Shown: positions 10,451-20,710, numbered from the stretch's first letter. The stretch is 64,000 bases of DNA from a virus (IMGVR_UViG_3300033072_000529); one strand, 5' to 3'. Notes: generated from the letters alone by a model not told the origin. A program made the numbers and translations.

Positions 10451-12019
10451 TTATTTAATTATGATAGTATCGTCCGCAGTGAAAGCTACGTCATCATATT
10501 TGTGCGTTTTAATCCCTGTCATGTTGGTGTAATATCCAACTTGAGTAGTCGAAAAATAGTGAACTACATTAGTGATGAGATATTGCCCTTCTATCAAATG
10601 ATCATAATCTTGGTCATTTGTGGTCCGTTTAGATATAGCAAAAAATCGACCGGGTTGTCGTATTGTAAATCCTCGTAATGAGAAATTTATACCTAAATTA
10701 TCGAATAGATAGTATTTCAACAATTTGTTTTTACCATCCGCAAATCTAGCAATATCAGTTTGTCTAGGGGTATATATGGTTTGGGTGTTATACCCTTGGG
10801 TTATATAGTTAGTTAATGGTATTCGATCATCTGTTGATTTGGTGACAACATTAGGTATAATGTTTTGCTGGGCATAGGTCTTAATATTTTCAGTGGAGTG
10901 ATCTTTGCATTCAAAATTATATTGACCATCTTTCGTATTATATGAACATACAACTCTATTAGTTAGATGATTACTATAATCTTTACCCACCATATCTACC
11001 AGTTGGTAACTGGCTATCTCAGAGTATTCTGCTCCTTTAACATCTTTGGATACAGACATGGCAGATGATTCCGGTGATTTTTTAAGATATATACCACCTG
11101 ATTGTGCTATTGTCTCACTATGCTCCTGTAGATAAAAGTGTTCCATCTGATATTCCCCTGGTTCAGTCAATGACTTTCCTGCTTTATCAAAGTAACTTTT
11201 AATCGGTAATAAGGAGAATTGTCTAGGGGTATTCTTTTGTTCAGGGCGTTCCAATTTTAATATACAAGGTTGATTGAATGTATCATCTGATGATGTATGC
11301 AATGCTGATAGATAATTCAGATCATCTAAGAATCGATGATTGGAGGGAGACGTGTAGAACACTTTATTTTTATCAGAACCAGAATCCCATTTATCAGTAT
11401 TGTATAATTTGGCGTGTTTCTTGAAATCCTCATCCTGTAAAATCAATTCACCCAAGGCTTCTCCGGTTTTCAATGATCGTTCATCATTGTTTAATTTATG
11501 GATATCCTTTTTGTTTTTATTAGCACCAATGGTAGCAGTGGAGAATTCTATGTTTTTCTCCGCCATCATTTGGTGTGTTTTTTCTATGAAATATATTTTT
11601 TTAGCCTTGTTTGGTATATTACTATGGATATAGTCCTCCACATCTACTATAGATGCTTCTATTTCTATACGCCATAGTGCTTCTGGTAATTCTATACTAT
11701 TACCGGTTACAGCCGGATCATTTTTAGGATATATGGATATGAATATGGTATCTCTACCATCCCCTCTGAATTTATATATCAATTTGGTGTTGTCACTACC
11801 TGTTAGTTTGATAGTGTCCTCTGATGATCGTTCCAAAGTGTTATGGGGTGATTTTAATAGTATACTTCCTTTAGTAGCCCAATCAAAAATATCCTCTTCT
11901 ATATATAGATCATCCCATGCTTCTGGACGCAATTGTATATCATTTACACCGTTATATAAACGTACAATACATTCAAAATCATTACCGTTGAATGATATAT
12001 CATTGGGATTCGGGGTCAT
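10451..12019 (-). CDS. putative baseplate hub protein (gp27-like)
   Basis: LYIEEDIF...G.I.L at N-terminus; G...RQPGRF...GQYLITNVVHYF at C-terminus; between gp53 and gp5 genes. Confidence 0.55.
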   Translation of the reverse strand: MTPNPNDISFNGNDFECIVRLYNGVNDIQLRPEAWDDLYIEEDIFDWATKGSILLKSPHNTLERSSEDTIKLTGSDNTKLIYKFRGDGRDTIFISIYPKNDPAVTGNSIELPEALWRIEIEASIVDVEDYIHSNIPNKAKKIYFIEKTHQMMAEKNIEFSTATIGANKNKKDIHKLNNDERSLKTGEALGELILQDEDFKKHAKLYNTDKWDSGSDKNKVFYTSPSNHRFLDDLNYLSALHTSSDDTFNQPCILKLERPEQKNTPRQFSLLPIKSYFDKAGKSLTEPGEYQMEHFYLQEHSETIAQSGGIYLKKSPESSAMSVSKDVKGAEYSEIASYQLVDMVGKDYSNHLTNRVVCSYNTKDGQYNFECKDHSTENIKTYAQQNIIPNVVTKSTDDRIPLTNYITQGYNTQTIYTPRQTDIARFADGKNKLLKYYLFDNLGINFSLRGFTIRQPGRFFAISKRTTNDQDYDHLIEGQYLITNVVHYFSTTQVGYYTNMTGIKTHKYDDVAFTADDTIIIK

Positions 12020-12028
12020 ATGAAATAT

Positions 12029-12358
12029 TTAATCTGGTAAATTGATTTGTGAAATTATATCAGATACCACGAAAGATTTCAATATTTTAATTTTGGTATT
12101 GGCTAGAGATTCAAAAGGATTGATAATATTATTAGCTATCAATATAGTCCACCATAAGCGATTATCCCCATAGTATCTATTGGCTAGATCATACCAATTA
12201 TCTGATGATGTCATATAGTACTCATCATATAAGGATGCATCAATATCGCCATCTATATATATTGAATTTAATAGATTATAATATTCGTAGCCATCCTCAT
12301 CTGTATAGGTTTGAAATATATTTGCCATGTCTACGGCAGCTAGTTTATTATTAGTCAT
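12029..12358 (-). CDS. baseplate wedge protein gp53-like (LysM-like)
   Basis: LANRYYGDNRLWWTILIANNIINPF motif. Confidence 0.8.
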   Translation of the reverse strand: MTNNKLAAVDMANIFQTYTDEDGYEYYNLLNSIYIDGDIDASLYDEYYMTSSDNWYDLANRYYGDNRLWWTILIANNIINPFESLANTKIKILKSFVVSDIISQINLPD

Positions 12359-13334
12359 TGTTGATATTTATGTCCTGTATTTTTATCAATTCTAATAGTG
12401 CATCAGGATTCGACCAATCTATATTAGCAATAGCCTGCACTGTTTTGCCAGAATATACTTTCTCTAATATATTTCTATATGGTAGGAATAGAGATTGTAT
12501 ATTCATGGTTATGCGGAATGCTTCTGGTATAACTTTGTTTACACCATTTATATTCATCATTCGTTTATTACCTAAATCTGTGACCTCTAAGGAGTTCATA
12601 AAGGCAGCAGGTAGATTGACCACGCCGGGAATATTAACGGAGTATATACAGGTTGGATCAACTATGGCTACCCCTCGTCGGAAAGGACTTTGTTGATAGG
12701 TTAATAATTCCACCAATTTAACATTTTGAGTAATATCTTGTACGGTGGCAGAATTGAATAGATCGAAAGTTATGATATATCCGCTATCATTTGTACCAGT
12801 CCATTGGCGAGGATTATCTAGACTCAATTTACCGGGGACTATTCCACTACCCACTTGCATAGCAGCACCAACCATAGCAGTGAACGTACTAGCACCCCCT
12901 ATCTTATTACTCAAGCCAGGAACAGTATGACCAAATGATAATAATTCACTAAAAGGATTCTTGCCATCTTCATATGAAAATTCTGTATTACGGGATACCC
13001 GTTTAGTGTCAAAATAAGGGAATCTATAACTGAAACCCGTTGGTTCCGCAATATACTTCAATTGAAACACATCAGCGGGGTCTTTCGGTCCAGATATTAA
13101 TTGTGATGGATTTTGGATTAATCCTGGCAAAACTCTTGCAAAGTATAGAATGCTGGCTATAATTTTGCCTGCGGTTTGTTGGTATTCTATCAGTTCAATA
13201 TAGGGCACATCCTTGCGAGGGAAGGTGGGGGATAGAGTCCAAGAAAAATCCTTAACAACGTCTATGAAACCCGCACCATTGGCGGGTTTCATAAAACGGC
13301 TTGATTTATCAGATATCACATAATCTATAGGCAC
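12351..13334 (-). CDS. putative baseplate/tail-tube initiator (gp48/gp54-like)
   Basis: Tube-like C-terminal pattern (P.IYSVNIPG...A.M.SLEV...P....ITM.I); immediately upstream of gp53. Confidence 0.5.
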   Translation of the reverse strand: MPIDYVISDKSSRFMKPANGAGFIDVVKDFSWTLSPTFPRKDVPYIELIEYQQTAGKIIASILYFARVLPGLIQNPSQLISGPKDPADVFQLKYIAEPTGFSYRFPYFDTKRVSRNTEFSYEDGKNPFSELLSFGHTVPGLSNKIGGASTFTAMVGAAMQVGSGIVPGKLSLDNPRQWTGTNDSGYIITFDLFNSATVQDITQNVKLVELLTYQQSPFRRGVAIVDPTCIYSVNIPGVVNLPAAFMNSLEVTDLGNKRMMNINGVNKVIPEAFRITMNIQSLFLPYRNILEKVYSGKTVQAIANIDWSNPDALLELIKIQDININND

Positions 13335-13343
13335 ATATATTAT

Positions 13344-14078
13344 TTATGATCCTGATACAGGTGGTTTTTTGTATATCTCTAAACGTTCCACTAAGAATTT
13401 GACTAGTTCTGATCTTTTGATATCTTCCACACCAAAAGTTCTAACATGAATGCCATAATTCTGTGCCTCTGCATCCAAAAGTTTTTCATATACTGAACTG
13501 AATTGATTATGTTGTTTAATATCAGTCTGTAAGGAGTCGCCCATCAGAAAAATCTTGCAATTATCTGCACAACGTGTTAATATGGTTAATAGTTCTTTAT
13601 ATAGAATATTTTGGGATTCTTCTACTATGATTACGCAGTCTTTGAAATTTCGTCCCCGTAGATAGGATATAGGCGCAAACTCTATTTTGTCTGATTTTCT
13701 AAATTCTGCCAATTCTTCTTCGGTGATGAAATTAGAACATGCTTCGAAAGCAGTTTGAAACCATTCTTCCACTTTATCGTTTTTAGAACCCGGTAAATAT
13801 CCCAAATGTGCCTGTGATGATTCCACCACACTACGTATATATACGATTTTGTTTATCTTTTGGCGATTTAGTAGATTAAGGGCTGCATACATGGCACATA
13901 CACTTTTACCTGTACCTGCTGGTCCTTCGACAAATATAGCTCTAGAGTTAATATTTAACATCAGCTTTATTAATTCTGATTGTTTCTCTGTCCAGTCAAA
14001 AGGTTCTGATAATAGAATATCGCCTTTTAGTTTTCTTTTTACTTCCCCGATGTTTTTGATGCGGTGTTTAGCTGACAT
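13344..14078 (-). CDS. phoH: PhoH-like ATPase
   Basis: GPAGTGKS, LGYLPG, LRGRNF, IVEESQN, LTR, GD..QTD. Confidence 0.92.
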   Translation of the reverse strand: MSAKHRIKNIGEVKRKLKGDILLSEPFDWTEKQSELIKLMLNINSRAIFVEGPAGTGKSVCAMYAALNLLNRQKINKIVYIRSVVESSQAHLGYLPGSKNDKVEEWFQTAFEACSNFITEEELAEFRKSDKIEFAPISYLRGRNFKDCVIIVEESQNILYKELLTILTRCADNCKIFLMGDSLQTDIKQHNQFSSVYEKLLDAEAQNYGIHVRTFGVEDIKRSELVKFLVERLEIYKKPPVSGS

Positions 14079-14101
14079 ATGCAGTGTATGTCGATTACTT
14101 A

Positions 14102-14587
14102 CTACTTTCCCAGTATAGTGTTTATATTTTTTTCAGTTATTATTATGAACGACACATCGCGTCCTTTTCTTCGTTTTTCTTCACACCATTTCTCTGCTGC
14201 CGCCCATTTATCTTGATTGGTTCTATACGTCATCTGTTCATATAGAATAGTAGATGGCTTCTTATTACCATGTGTAGTAGGTTTCACACATTGCTTAGAT
14301 GGTTTCAGTTCTACTATAAATTCTTTGACTTCTGTTTCCGATATGCGTATACGGAAACAGAAGTCTACAAAATAACGGGCATTTCGTTTCTCTATAGATT
14401 TATAATAAGGTATAACGGTTTGTTCAGAACTCCATGAAATAACATTAGGATTCTTATCCAATACCAACATTAAAGATAATTCTAATCCAGATCGATATAT
14501 TATACGACCTTTATTAGTGCATTTATCCTTGTTTTTTGGGGTGAATACTCCCTGTTTGAATTCCCGATATGTCCTCTTTTTTCCCAT
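14102..14587 (-). CDS. head completion nuclease (T4 gp4-like, TnsA-type)
   Basis: IIYRSGLE...NPNVISWSSE...IPY...RYFVDF...ELKP...NQDKW.AA...IITE. Confidence 0.88.
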   Translation of the reverse strand: MGKKRTYREFKQGVFTPKNKDKCTNKGRIIYRSGLELSLMLVLDKNPNVISWSSEQTVIPYYKSIEKRNARYFVDFCFRIRISETEVKEFIVELKPSKQCVKPTTHGNKKPSTILYEQMTYRTNQDKWAAAEKWCEEKRRKGRDVSFIIITEKNINTILGK

Positions 14588-14828
14588 TTTTATTATCTAA
14601 ATCCACTATCTCGACTTTACTTTTATATGATTGTAGTTCTGCTTCCGCATTATTAAGTTTCTTCTCTAATCTATCAGATTCAGCTTGTTTATAATAATGT
14701 GTTATAATAGAACTAGCTATGCCTATGAAATATTCCGCCGAAAGTTTATCCATAAAGAATGCCAAGACAATGGCACCCAATATAATAAACGCATATATAT
14801 CTTTAGCGGTTATAGTAGGCATACGCAT
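14523..14828 (-). CDS. small membrane protein with coiled-coil tail (holin-like candidate)
   Basis: Two N-terminal hydrophobic segments, charged C-terminus. Confidence 0.5.
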   Translation of the reverse strand: MRMPTITAKDIYAFIILGAIVLAFFMDKLSAEYFIGIASSIITHYYKQAESDRLEKKLNNAEAELQSYKSKVEIVDLDNKNGKKEDISGIQTGSIHPKKQG

Positions 14829-15148
14829 TATTTTAGTAGATCATCTAATGCATTTAGAGCATTAGTTAGTTCTAATTTAGGGTCATCTGTAGATTGTGCA
14901 GATACAGGAGGTACAAACCCGATAATTGGGCCATATTTCAGAATCAAATCTTTTAGTTTGATAAGTGTAGATTCTACACCTGGGACATATTGCTTGATTA
15001 TATTACCCAATTTGGTATTATCGGTTTGTTTGGATACTATTTGAATCACTGCTAAGGCTTTGTCTAGGACAATATAAACAGTGTCGATTGCGGCTTTGAT
15101 TTTGCCGATGTTGGTTGCTATCTTAAATGCTGCGAAAATGTTGGACAT
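14828..15148 (-). CDS. hypothetical protein
   Basis: ORF coupled to downstream gene; TAAGTA upstream. Confidence 0.6.
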   Translation of the reverse strand: MSNIFAAFKIATNIGKIKAAIDTVYIVLDKALAVIQIVSKQTDNTKLGNIIKQYVPGVESTLIKLKDLILKYGPIIGFVPPVSAQSTDDPKLELTNALNALDDLLK

Positions 15149-15205
15149 ATACACTTGTACTTATCTTTTCTCTTGACTTCCCAAAGGGAAGGATTATCAT
15201 ATAGT

Positions 15206-15721
15206 ATGAAAAAAGTTATATCTATACTATTATTAAGTACAATATTTGCGGTGTCTAGTTTGGCCCAGCAAGTACCTCCAACAATTCCTCCTGCGGAATT
15301 GAATACCACCATATCAGAGAAATATTCCTCAGTAGATTTGGCCAAATCCCTAGCATTTAAGCAAGAAGTCAAACGACTAATCAAAGATTTTGCCGACAAG
15401 GGTAATATGGCGTCTGCTAGAAATGTCTATGACTATCTAATCAGCATAGACCCTGATGCAGATGTGTTGAAGACTGACTTTTTTATTAATAAAACCTGGA
15501 AAAGAGAGAATCGATCATTGTATAGATTCGCTCGCGATGGCACAGGCGTTCTGAAAGACAGCGGAACCGTGTCGAATTTCTCCTGGTCTAAAAATGCAGG
15601 GGTAATACACATCATTACATCCCAAGGTGTGCATACCTATGTGCGTTTTGTTACTAAGAATATCGCAGCAATAGGTGAAAACCCTGATCTACCACAGCCT
15701 AAAAAACTAGAATTAAACTGA
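15206..15721 (+). CDS. secreted hypothetical protein
   Basis: Signal peptide MKKVISILLLSTIFAVSSLA; promoter 5 nt upstream supports ATG 15206. Confidence 0.75.
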   Translation: MKKVISILLLSTIFAVSSLAQQVPPTIPPAELNTTISEKYSSVDLAKSLAFKQEVKRLIKDFADKGNMASARNVYDYLISIDPDADVLKTDFFINKTWKRENRSLYRFARDGTGVLKDSGTVSNFSWSKNAGVIHIITSQGVHTYVRFVTKNIAAIGENPDLPQPKKLELN

Positions 15722-16315
15722 TGAGTTGATAAATATCGGTTCTAATTTGTCGATCTTTTTATTAAGGGAATTAAATTGAGGAGCTTTGATCAATACTCGA
15801 TCAAAGCTCTGTTTGTTTATACAGGGGAAACTAGATGCATATTGGGGATTGATATCCAGATGAAACAATACATCTGGAATATTATCCCATATTTTATGAT
15901 AATTTATGCATATGATATCATATGCATATGATGTATTAACATAGTTATCAAAGAATTGTTCATATTGAATTATATCTGTCGGAATAGCCAACAGTTGATC
16001 CCTGGATATATCGCCCAATTGTTTAATCACCTGTGCATGTACTCCGATGTTTCTCCAATGAACATCTCCAAATGATGCACGGGATGCTATGGAGTGTTCT
16101 GGTTTAGAATATAGATATATGACTTTTGCAGGCTCCAACTCCGGTATAGAACTGAATTGTTCGTGGGGTTTACCATCTGCATCAAAAAAAGGCTTACATA
16201 ACACTTTTGGTGGAAATCTACTATGTATATGATACGCCGTATGACCTAAATTGGTCAGAAAATTACACATCATCCAACTACCACATCCCCCATAACTGCA
16301 TACATAGTATATCAT
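15713..16315 (-). CDS. putative sulfotransferase-fold protein
   Basis: N-terminal SYGGCGS (5'-PSB-like loop), KVIYLYSKP..SIAS (3'-PB-like), ICINY. Confidence 0.5.
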   Translation of the reverse strand: MIYYVCSYGGCGSWMMCNFLTNLGHTAYHIHSRFPPKVLCKPFFDADGKPHEQFSSIPELEPAKVIYLYSKPEHSIASRASFGDVHWRNIGVHAQVIKQLGDISRDQLLAIPTDIIQYEQFFDNYVNTSYAYDIICINYHKIWDNIPDVLFHLDINPQYASSFPCINKQSFDRVLIKAPQFNSLNKKIDKLEPIFINSSV

Positions 16316-17115
16316 AACTTAATATATCTATCTATTAGATGTTGTTTGGATTTCAACTGTAAAATTGGAGGTAAGTGTAGATTATAGATTGCCTGGATTT
16401 TTTCGGAAGGATAGAATTGTAAGGGTCTGGTTGAAAAGTTGAGAGTGTTCTGTTTATGATATTGGAAATTATCAGGGCGGTTGATTGTTCCACTTTGTTT
16501 ATGTCCTCTCATGAGTCCTTGATCATGCCAATTGAAACAATATGCTGGTATGCTGTCATCGTCTATCTTTATTTTATCATGTTTGGATAGGTATTCATAC
16601 CAAGATAAATGTTCCCCTCCGCCAGGATGAGGAATATAACCTATATTTCGTATGGTGTCAGTATGCGAAATAATGCTGGCTTCCATGACATTTCCTGCAA
16701 TTTCCGGTAGATCATCGGGTGCACCGGCCCACCACATACTTTTAACAGGTTTCCATGCTAGATAATCAGAGTGGCGATTTATACCATCCCAACATTGCTG
16801 TATGTTCCATGGTAAAAATATATCATCATCATCCCAGCATATATAATATGTTCCAGTTGCATGAGTCATAGCATCCCGTCGAATACTACCCAAATTATTA
16901 TACTCTGTTCCAGTTAGATAATCTGTATTATTATTGATTATTTTTATATTGGATATGTTCTTGAAATCATCTCCCAATACTAGAGGGAATCTCACAGCAG
17001 TATTATATATAATCAACTCTGTGGTGGCAGTTGTATGCTGGTTTAAAAAGAATTGTATAGATCGCTCCACACATTCAAATCTACCATAGGTGGTCATTAC
17101 GCAAGATATATTCAT
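16312..17115 (-). CDS. glycosyltransferase family 2 (GT-A)
   Basis: ISCVMTTYGR, LGSIR, YYICWDDDD. Confidence 0.85.
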   Translation of the reverse strand: MNISCVMTTYGRFECVERSIQFFLNQHTTATTELIIYNTAVRFPLVLGDDFKNISNIKIINNNTDYLTGTEYNNLGSIRRDAMTHATGTYYICWDDDDIFLPWNIQQCWDGINRHSDYLAWKPVKSMWWAGAPDDLPEIAGNVMEASIISHTDTIRNIGYIPHPGGGEHLSWYEYLSKHDKIKIDDDSIPAYCFNWHDQGLMRGHKQSGTINRPDNFQYHKQNTLNFSTRPLQFYPSEKIQAIYNLHLPPILQLKSKQHLIDRYIKL

Positions 17116-17504
17116 GATATTGTGAAAAAGTACGAGGCTTCTTCCATCGTGGGAGGCTCGTATAACGAGTTGGTGTCAGGATATCGTTCATCTCCTGGTC
17201 TTTTTATATAGAAAATTACATCCGGTTGTATGATTTTTCTTAATTCGACAGTAGGACATATGAAATCCAACAATACTATAGAATTGGTAGATTTACCAGC
17301 TAAATCTTTCATACGATGTGCTTGGCGTATCCGTCCTTCTATACTGAAATCCCAATCATTCGCATTTGCTCGTATAATATCAGCATTTAGGTGACAAGAA
17401 TCAGGTAAAATACTGTTTAGTATTTTACTATAAAAGGTTTTACCCGATCCAGGTAAACCGGTGACTAATATTATATGCTTATAAGGTTTGTATGGCATCT
17501 GCAT
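17112..17504 (-). CDS. adenylyl-sulfate (APS) kinase-like protein
   Basis: GLPGSGKT, NAD.IR, DWDFSIEGRIRQA.RM, DFICP, YEPP. Confidence 0.75.
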   Translation of the reverse strand: MQMPYKPYKHIILVTGLPGSGKTFYSKILNSILPDSCHLNADIIRANANDWDFSIEGRIRQAHRMKDLAGKSTNSIVLLDFICPTVELRKIIQPDVIFYIKRPGDERYPDTNSLYEPPTMEEASYFFTIS

Positions 17505-18330
17505 ATATTGAATTCAATTGTTCAGCCGTTAAGCGGGAGGAAAAATGGTCATATATACTTTTGATAAAAGGATGGTTAGGGTCTTTATATATTTCTAGCC
17601 ATCCTACGAAATAATTCCATACTCTATCCTTTAGATCGTTGGTATAGGGCAACCCGTTTGGTCTACCAAAACGGTGATTCCATTTTAAATTAGGAAGGCA
17701 TATACATTTGGCTCCATTTTGGCGGAATTTTTCGTGTATATATCCCTCTTCGCCTCCAAATCCACGGAATAACGGATTGAAACCCAACCATTCAGATGTT
17801 TTACAAGAGAATAATCCTAATCCTTGAGATGGTATTTCAAATGGCTCACCTATCAACATTGCCATATGATTTGACCCCCAAATACCAAACATACCATCTC
17901 GCCATACAGGATCAAATTGTGTTGAATATCCTTGTAAACTATCATCCCATAATGGTCCTTGTATTAAATTTTTAGTGTTCGGATTTTGTGCGTAATACTG
18001 TAGCAAATGTTTAATCCCATCAGGTTCCAACATAACATGGCAATCCAAGCATAAAGTGTATATACCCTGTGCTAATCTGAAAATTTCATTTCTCGTAGAT
18101 GTGCCAGTCTTATCTTTATATGGAACATATCTAGCAGATATGTTTTTATTAGCATAGCCTTCTATGAAATGTTTGATCGCTTTACCATGAGCAGAATCAG
18201 GATTATTATCAACAACTATCAATTCAAATTGTTGATTATTACAACCCTGATATATACGTAGTGCTTGTACAGTGAAATAAACGCCATCGAAATCATCATA
18301 CACTGCCATACCAATCGTTAATTGTTTCAT
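17479..18330 (-). CDS. GT-A glycosyltransferase with DxH and GGEE motifs (GT27/GT60-like)
   Basis: IVVDN, CLDCHV, FRGFGGEE, WNHRF. Confidence 0.8.
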   Translation of the reverse strand: MKQLTIGMAVYDDFDGVYFTVQALRIYQGCNNQQFELIVVDNNPDSAHGKAIKHFIEGYANKNISARYVPYKDKTGTSTRNEIFRLAQGIYTLCLDCHVMLEPDGIKHLLQYYAQNPNTKNLIQGPLWDDSLQGYSTQFDPVWRDGMFGIWGSNHMAMLIGEPFEIPSQGLGLFSCKTSEWLGFNPLFRGFGGEEGYIHEKFRQNGAKCICLPNLKWNHRFGRPNGLPYTNDLKDRVWNYFVGWLEIYKDPNHPFIKSIYDHFSSRLTAEQLNSIYADAIQTL

Positions 18331-18371
18331 ATCGGATATTTACGAATAGCTATTCATAAGTGCAATATCAA

Positions 18372-20030
18372 TTAAGGAGGGGGTGGTGGGTTAGTGGTAG
18401 ATGTAGGAGGATTAGTAGTGGATGAGGTTGGCCCAATGGTAGTAGAAGTGGACGTAGACGTGGTTGACGTTGTGGGAACCACTGTGGTCGTTGTTGTAGA
18501 CGTAGACGTGGTTGTAGACGTTGTAGGCATCAATGTGGTCGTTGGCATTGGTGTGGTGCTTGTGGTCGTTGTAGTGGTCGTTGTAGCACAATCCTCATCG
18601 TATGTCAATACACCTAGTCCATCAGTTATATATTTTCTGATTCCCTCCACATATACCCCGCTGATTAATTTGGTGGTCAACGATGCATTCAAATAAGCTA
18701 TCGGAGAATCATCTAGATAGTATCCTTCTTGAGTATATATCCGCAGTAATGATCTAGGATCAGATGGACATGCATCATAACCCTCATATAATTCGTAAGG
18801 TGGTGGAACATATGGTGCCGGTGTGGTAGTAGGCGGAATAGGCACAGGGGGTGAACAACCATCCTGATATATAGATTCCTTAAGAATGGATAGCGCAGTA
18901 CCAAACAATATATTCTCATTATCATATACTTGCCGAGGCTGTATATAATTAACCAAACACTTAACATTCTGCCCTTTGATAATTGCATCTATATATTTCC
19001 CTATATATGATTCCAATTCAGCAGACCGAGATAGGTAATATATACCATTACATCCCGCTAGTTCATAAGTCAATTTACTTGCACAATCAGTTCCAGTGTA
19101 ATATGTGTTGGGGTCGATATAGGTAAAGCATTTATCATTTTTAGGCGTGCAGAAATTTATATTACCATTAGGAATGTATTCCCAGCCAGTGCTTCGTTTA
19201 ATATAACTAAACACCCCACTGTATGTATTATATATATTTTGGGTATTAAATTTTGAGAGAATATCGGGTGATATTGTATTCAGTCCTTGACTCACCAAAT
19301 TGTTATAAGTGGGTGCCAATAGTTCCCACTGATATATCAGGGTGTATAGTTGATTGATTGAATATTGCTTAAATGTAGCATATTCAGGATGGCTAAGTGT
19401 TCTATTTAAAATCTGAAATGTATTACTGTTAGGTATAGTAGTACTAGATTTGATTATCAAATCTGCCCGGTTTTCTCTTCGAAATATATTGTTTATAGTC
19501 GATATGATCACATCTACGTGATTTTTATAGATTATAAATGTTTGGATATTTTTGGTGGTAAAACCCAATGCTGCTGATACAGCATTCATAGCTTCTATGG
19601 TGATGTTGCTGACTGCCGTATTGTTCAATACATCAGGATCATAATTTTTAACAAAGAATGTCACATTAGCTATTTGTCCTGTGGATACCGTTTGGACGGT
19701 GTTATTCAACCAGTATAATATATCAGAATAGTTTCCGATATATGCGAAAGTTTTAGGATATATTAGGGATAATGGTGTTAGCCAATATCCTTCCAGATTA
19801 GAAACTGTATTAGTAGTATCTCTCCAACCTGCACTAAGGGTGTTGGTAGTAGTGTATAACTGTTGATATAATGCACTGTTATTCTGCATCAGGGTTGTGA
19901 ATGCACGCATTTTAGCCTCTGTGGTATTATAATCACATAGCCGGAAATTGAATAACTGGAAATTTCCATTAATATCCGCTAATGGATTTCCTAGGGAGTC
20001 AAATATATCAATAGTTTTAACAGTGTTCAT
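18372..20030 (-). CDS. putative virion fibre protein with mucin-like Thr/Ser/Pro C-terminal tail
   Basis: N-terminal region paralogous to 20033-20710; ~70-aa Thr-rich tail ending PPPPP. Confidence 0.65.
   Translation of the reverse strand: MNTVKTIDIFDSLGNPLADINGNFQLFNFRLCDYNTTEAKMRAFTTLMQNNSALYQQLYTTTNTLSAGWRDTTNTVSNLEGYWLTPLSLIYPKTFAYIGNYSDILYWLNNTVQTVSTGQIANVTFFVKNYDPDVLNNTAVSNITIEAMNAVSAALGFTTKNIQTFIIYKNHVDVIISTINNIFRRENRADLIIKSSTTIPNSNTFQILNRTLSHPEYATFKQYSINQLYTLIYQWELLAPTYNNLVSQGLNTISPDILSKFNTQNIYNTYSGVFSYIKRSTGWEYIPNGNINFCTPKNDKCFTYIDPNTYYTGTDCASKLTYELAGCNGIYYLSRSAELESYIGKYIDAIIKGQNVKCLVNYIQPRQVYDNENILFGTALSILKESIYQDGCSPPVPIPPTTTPAPYVPPPYELYEGYDACPSDPRSLLRIYTQEGYYLDDSPIAYLNASLTTKLISGVYVEGIRKYITDGLGVLTYDEDCATTTTTTTTSTTPMPTTTLMPTTSTTTSTSTTTTTVVPTTSTTSTSTSTTIGPTSSTTNPPTSTTNPPPPP
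18375..18585 (-). repeat. low-complexity ACN-codon (Thr-rich) coding repeat
   Basis: GTAGACGT/GTGGTCGTT runs on + strand encode TTTTTTTTSTTPMPTTT...NPPPPP. Confidence 0.9.
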
Positions 20031-20032
20031 GG

Positions 20033-20710
20033 TTATTCAAAAATCTTTGTACCATTAGACCATTCGAGATTAGAATCCAAGGTATAGCGTATACCTATGA
20101 ATTTGTTTATAAATTGGTCTTCTAGTGTCAGCGATGCATTGGTTGATCCGCAGTCTACTTTGGATTGGCCTTTTATAGTTATGCGTCTACTTATACATGA
20201 TGTTGTAGCAGTCCAGTTCACTATCTTTGTTCCTATATTGGATGTGGATGATGCGGTACGATTTATGAAATAATACTCGGGAGAAAATATGTATAGAACT
20301 TGACCCGTGATGTAATTCATACATGATCCGTTTCTAGGAGATACGTTCTCATTCAACCATTGTCGTATGACTTCTATATCAGAAGATGCCGTGAATGGAT
20401 ATGGATAGACCAAGGTTATGGGGGATAACCAAAATCCACTCATTTCACTAACAGTTGTAAAGGTATTTTGCCAGCATGCAGAATTTTGTGCAAGGGTCGT
20501 GTATGCACTATTCCAATTAGCACTTAAAGTGGAGAACGTTGTCAATGCTGGATTAAAAGAAACCCTGATTTCATTCTCCACACCGCATACTTGGTAATCT
20601 AATTGTTTAAAATTCAAGTTGATTGCTGATAAACTATTACCGATGGAATCCCCGCCTAAGATAGGATACACATAGTCACAGTCACCGCTTTTACATAAAT
20701 GTAAGGACAT
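20033..20710 (-). CDS. putative structural protein, paralog of upstream fibre N-terminus
   Basis: DSIGNSLSAINLNF...LSANW...GFWLSPITLVYP matches DSLGNPLADINGNF...LSAGW...GYWLTPLSLIYP. Confidence 0.65.
   Translation of the reverse strand: MSLHLCKSGDCDYVYPILGGDSIGNSLSAINLNFKQLDYQVCGVENEIRVSFNPALTTFSTLSANWNSAYTTLAQNSACWQNTFTTVSEMSGFWLSPITLVYPYPFTASSDIEVIRQWLNENVSPRNGSCMNYITGQVLYIFSPEYYFINRTASSTSNIGTKIVNWTATTSCISRRITIKGQSKVDCGSTNASLTLEDQFINKFIGIRYTLDSNLEWSNGTKIFE

Noticed and set aside
18394-18696. Val-rich + strand ORF (likewise 55393-56106, 46574-47302 and other antisense ORFs)
   Set aside because: Antisense shadows of low-complexity or real genes on the other strand
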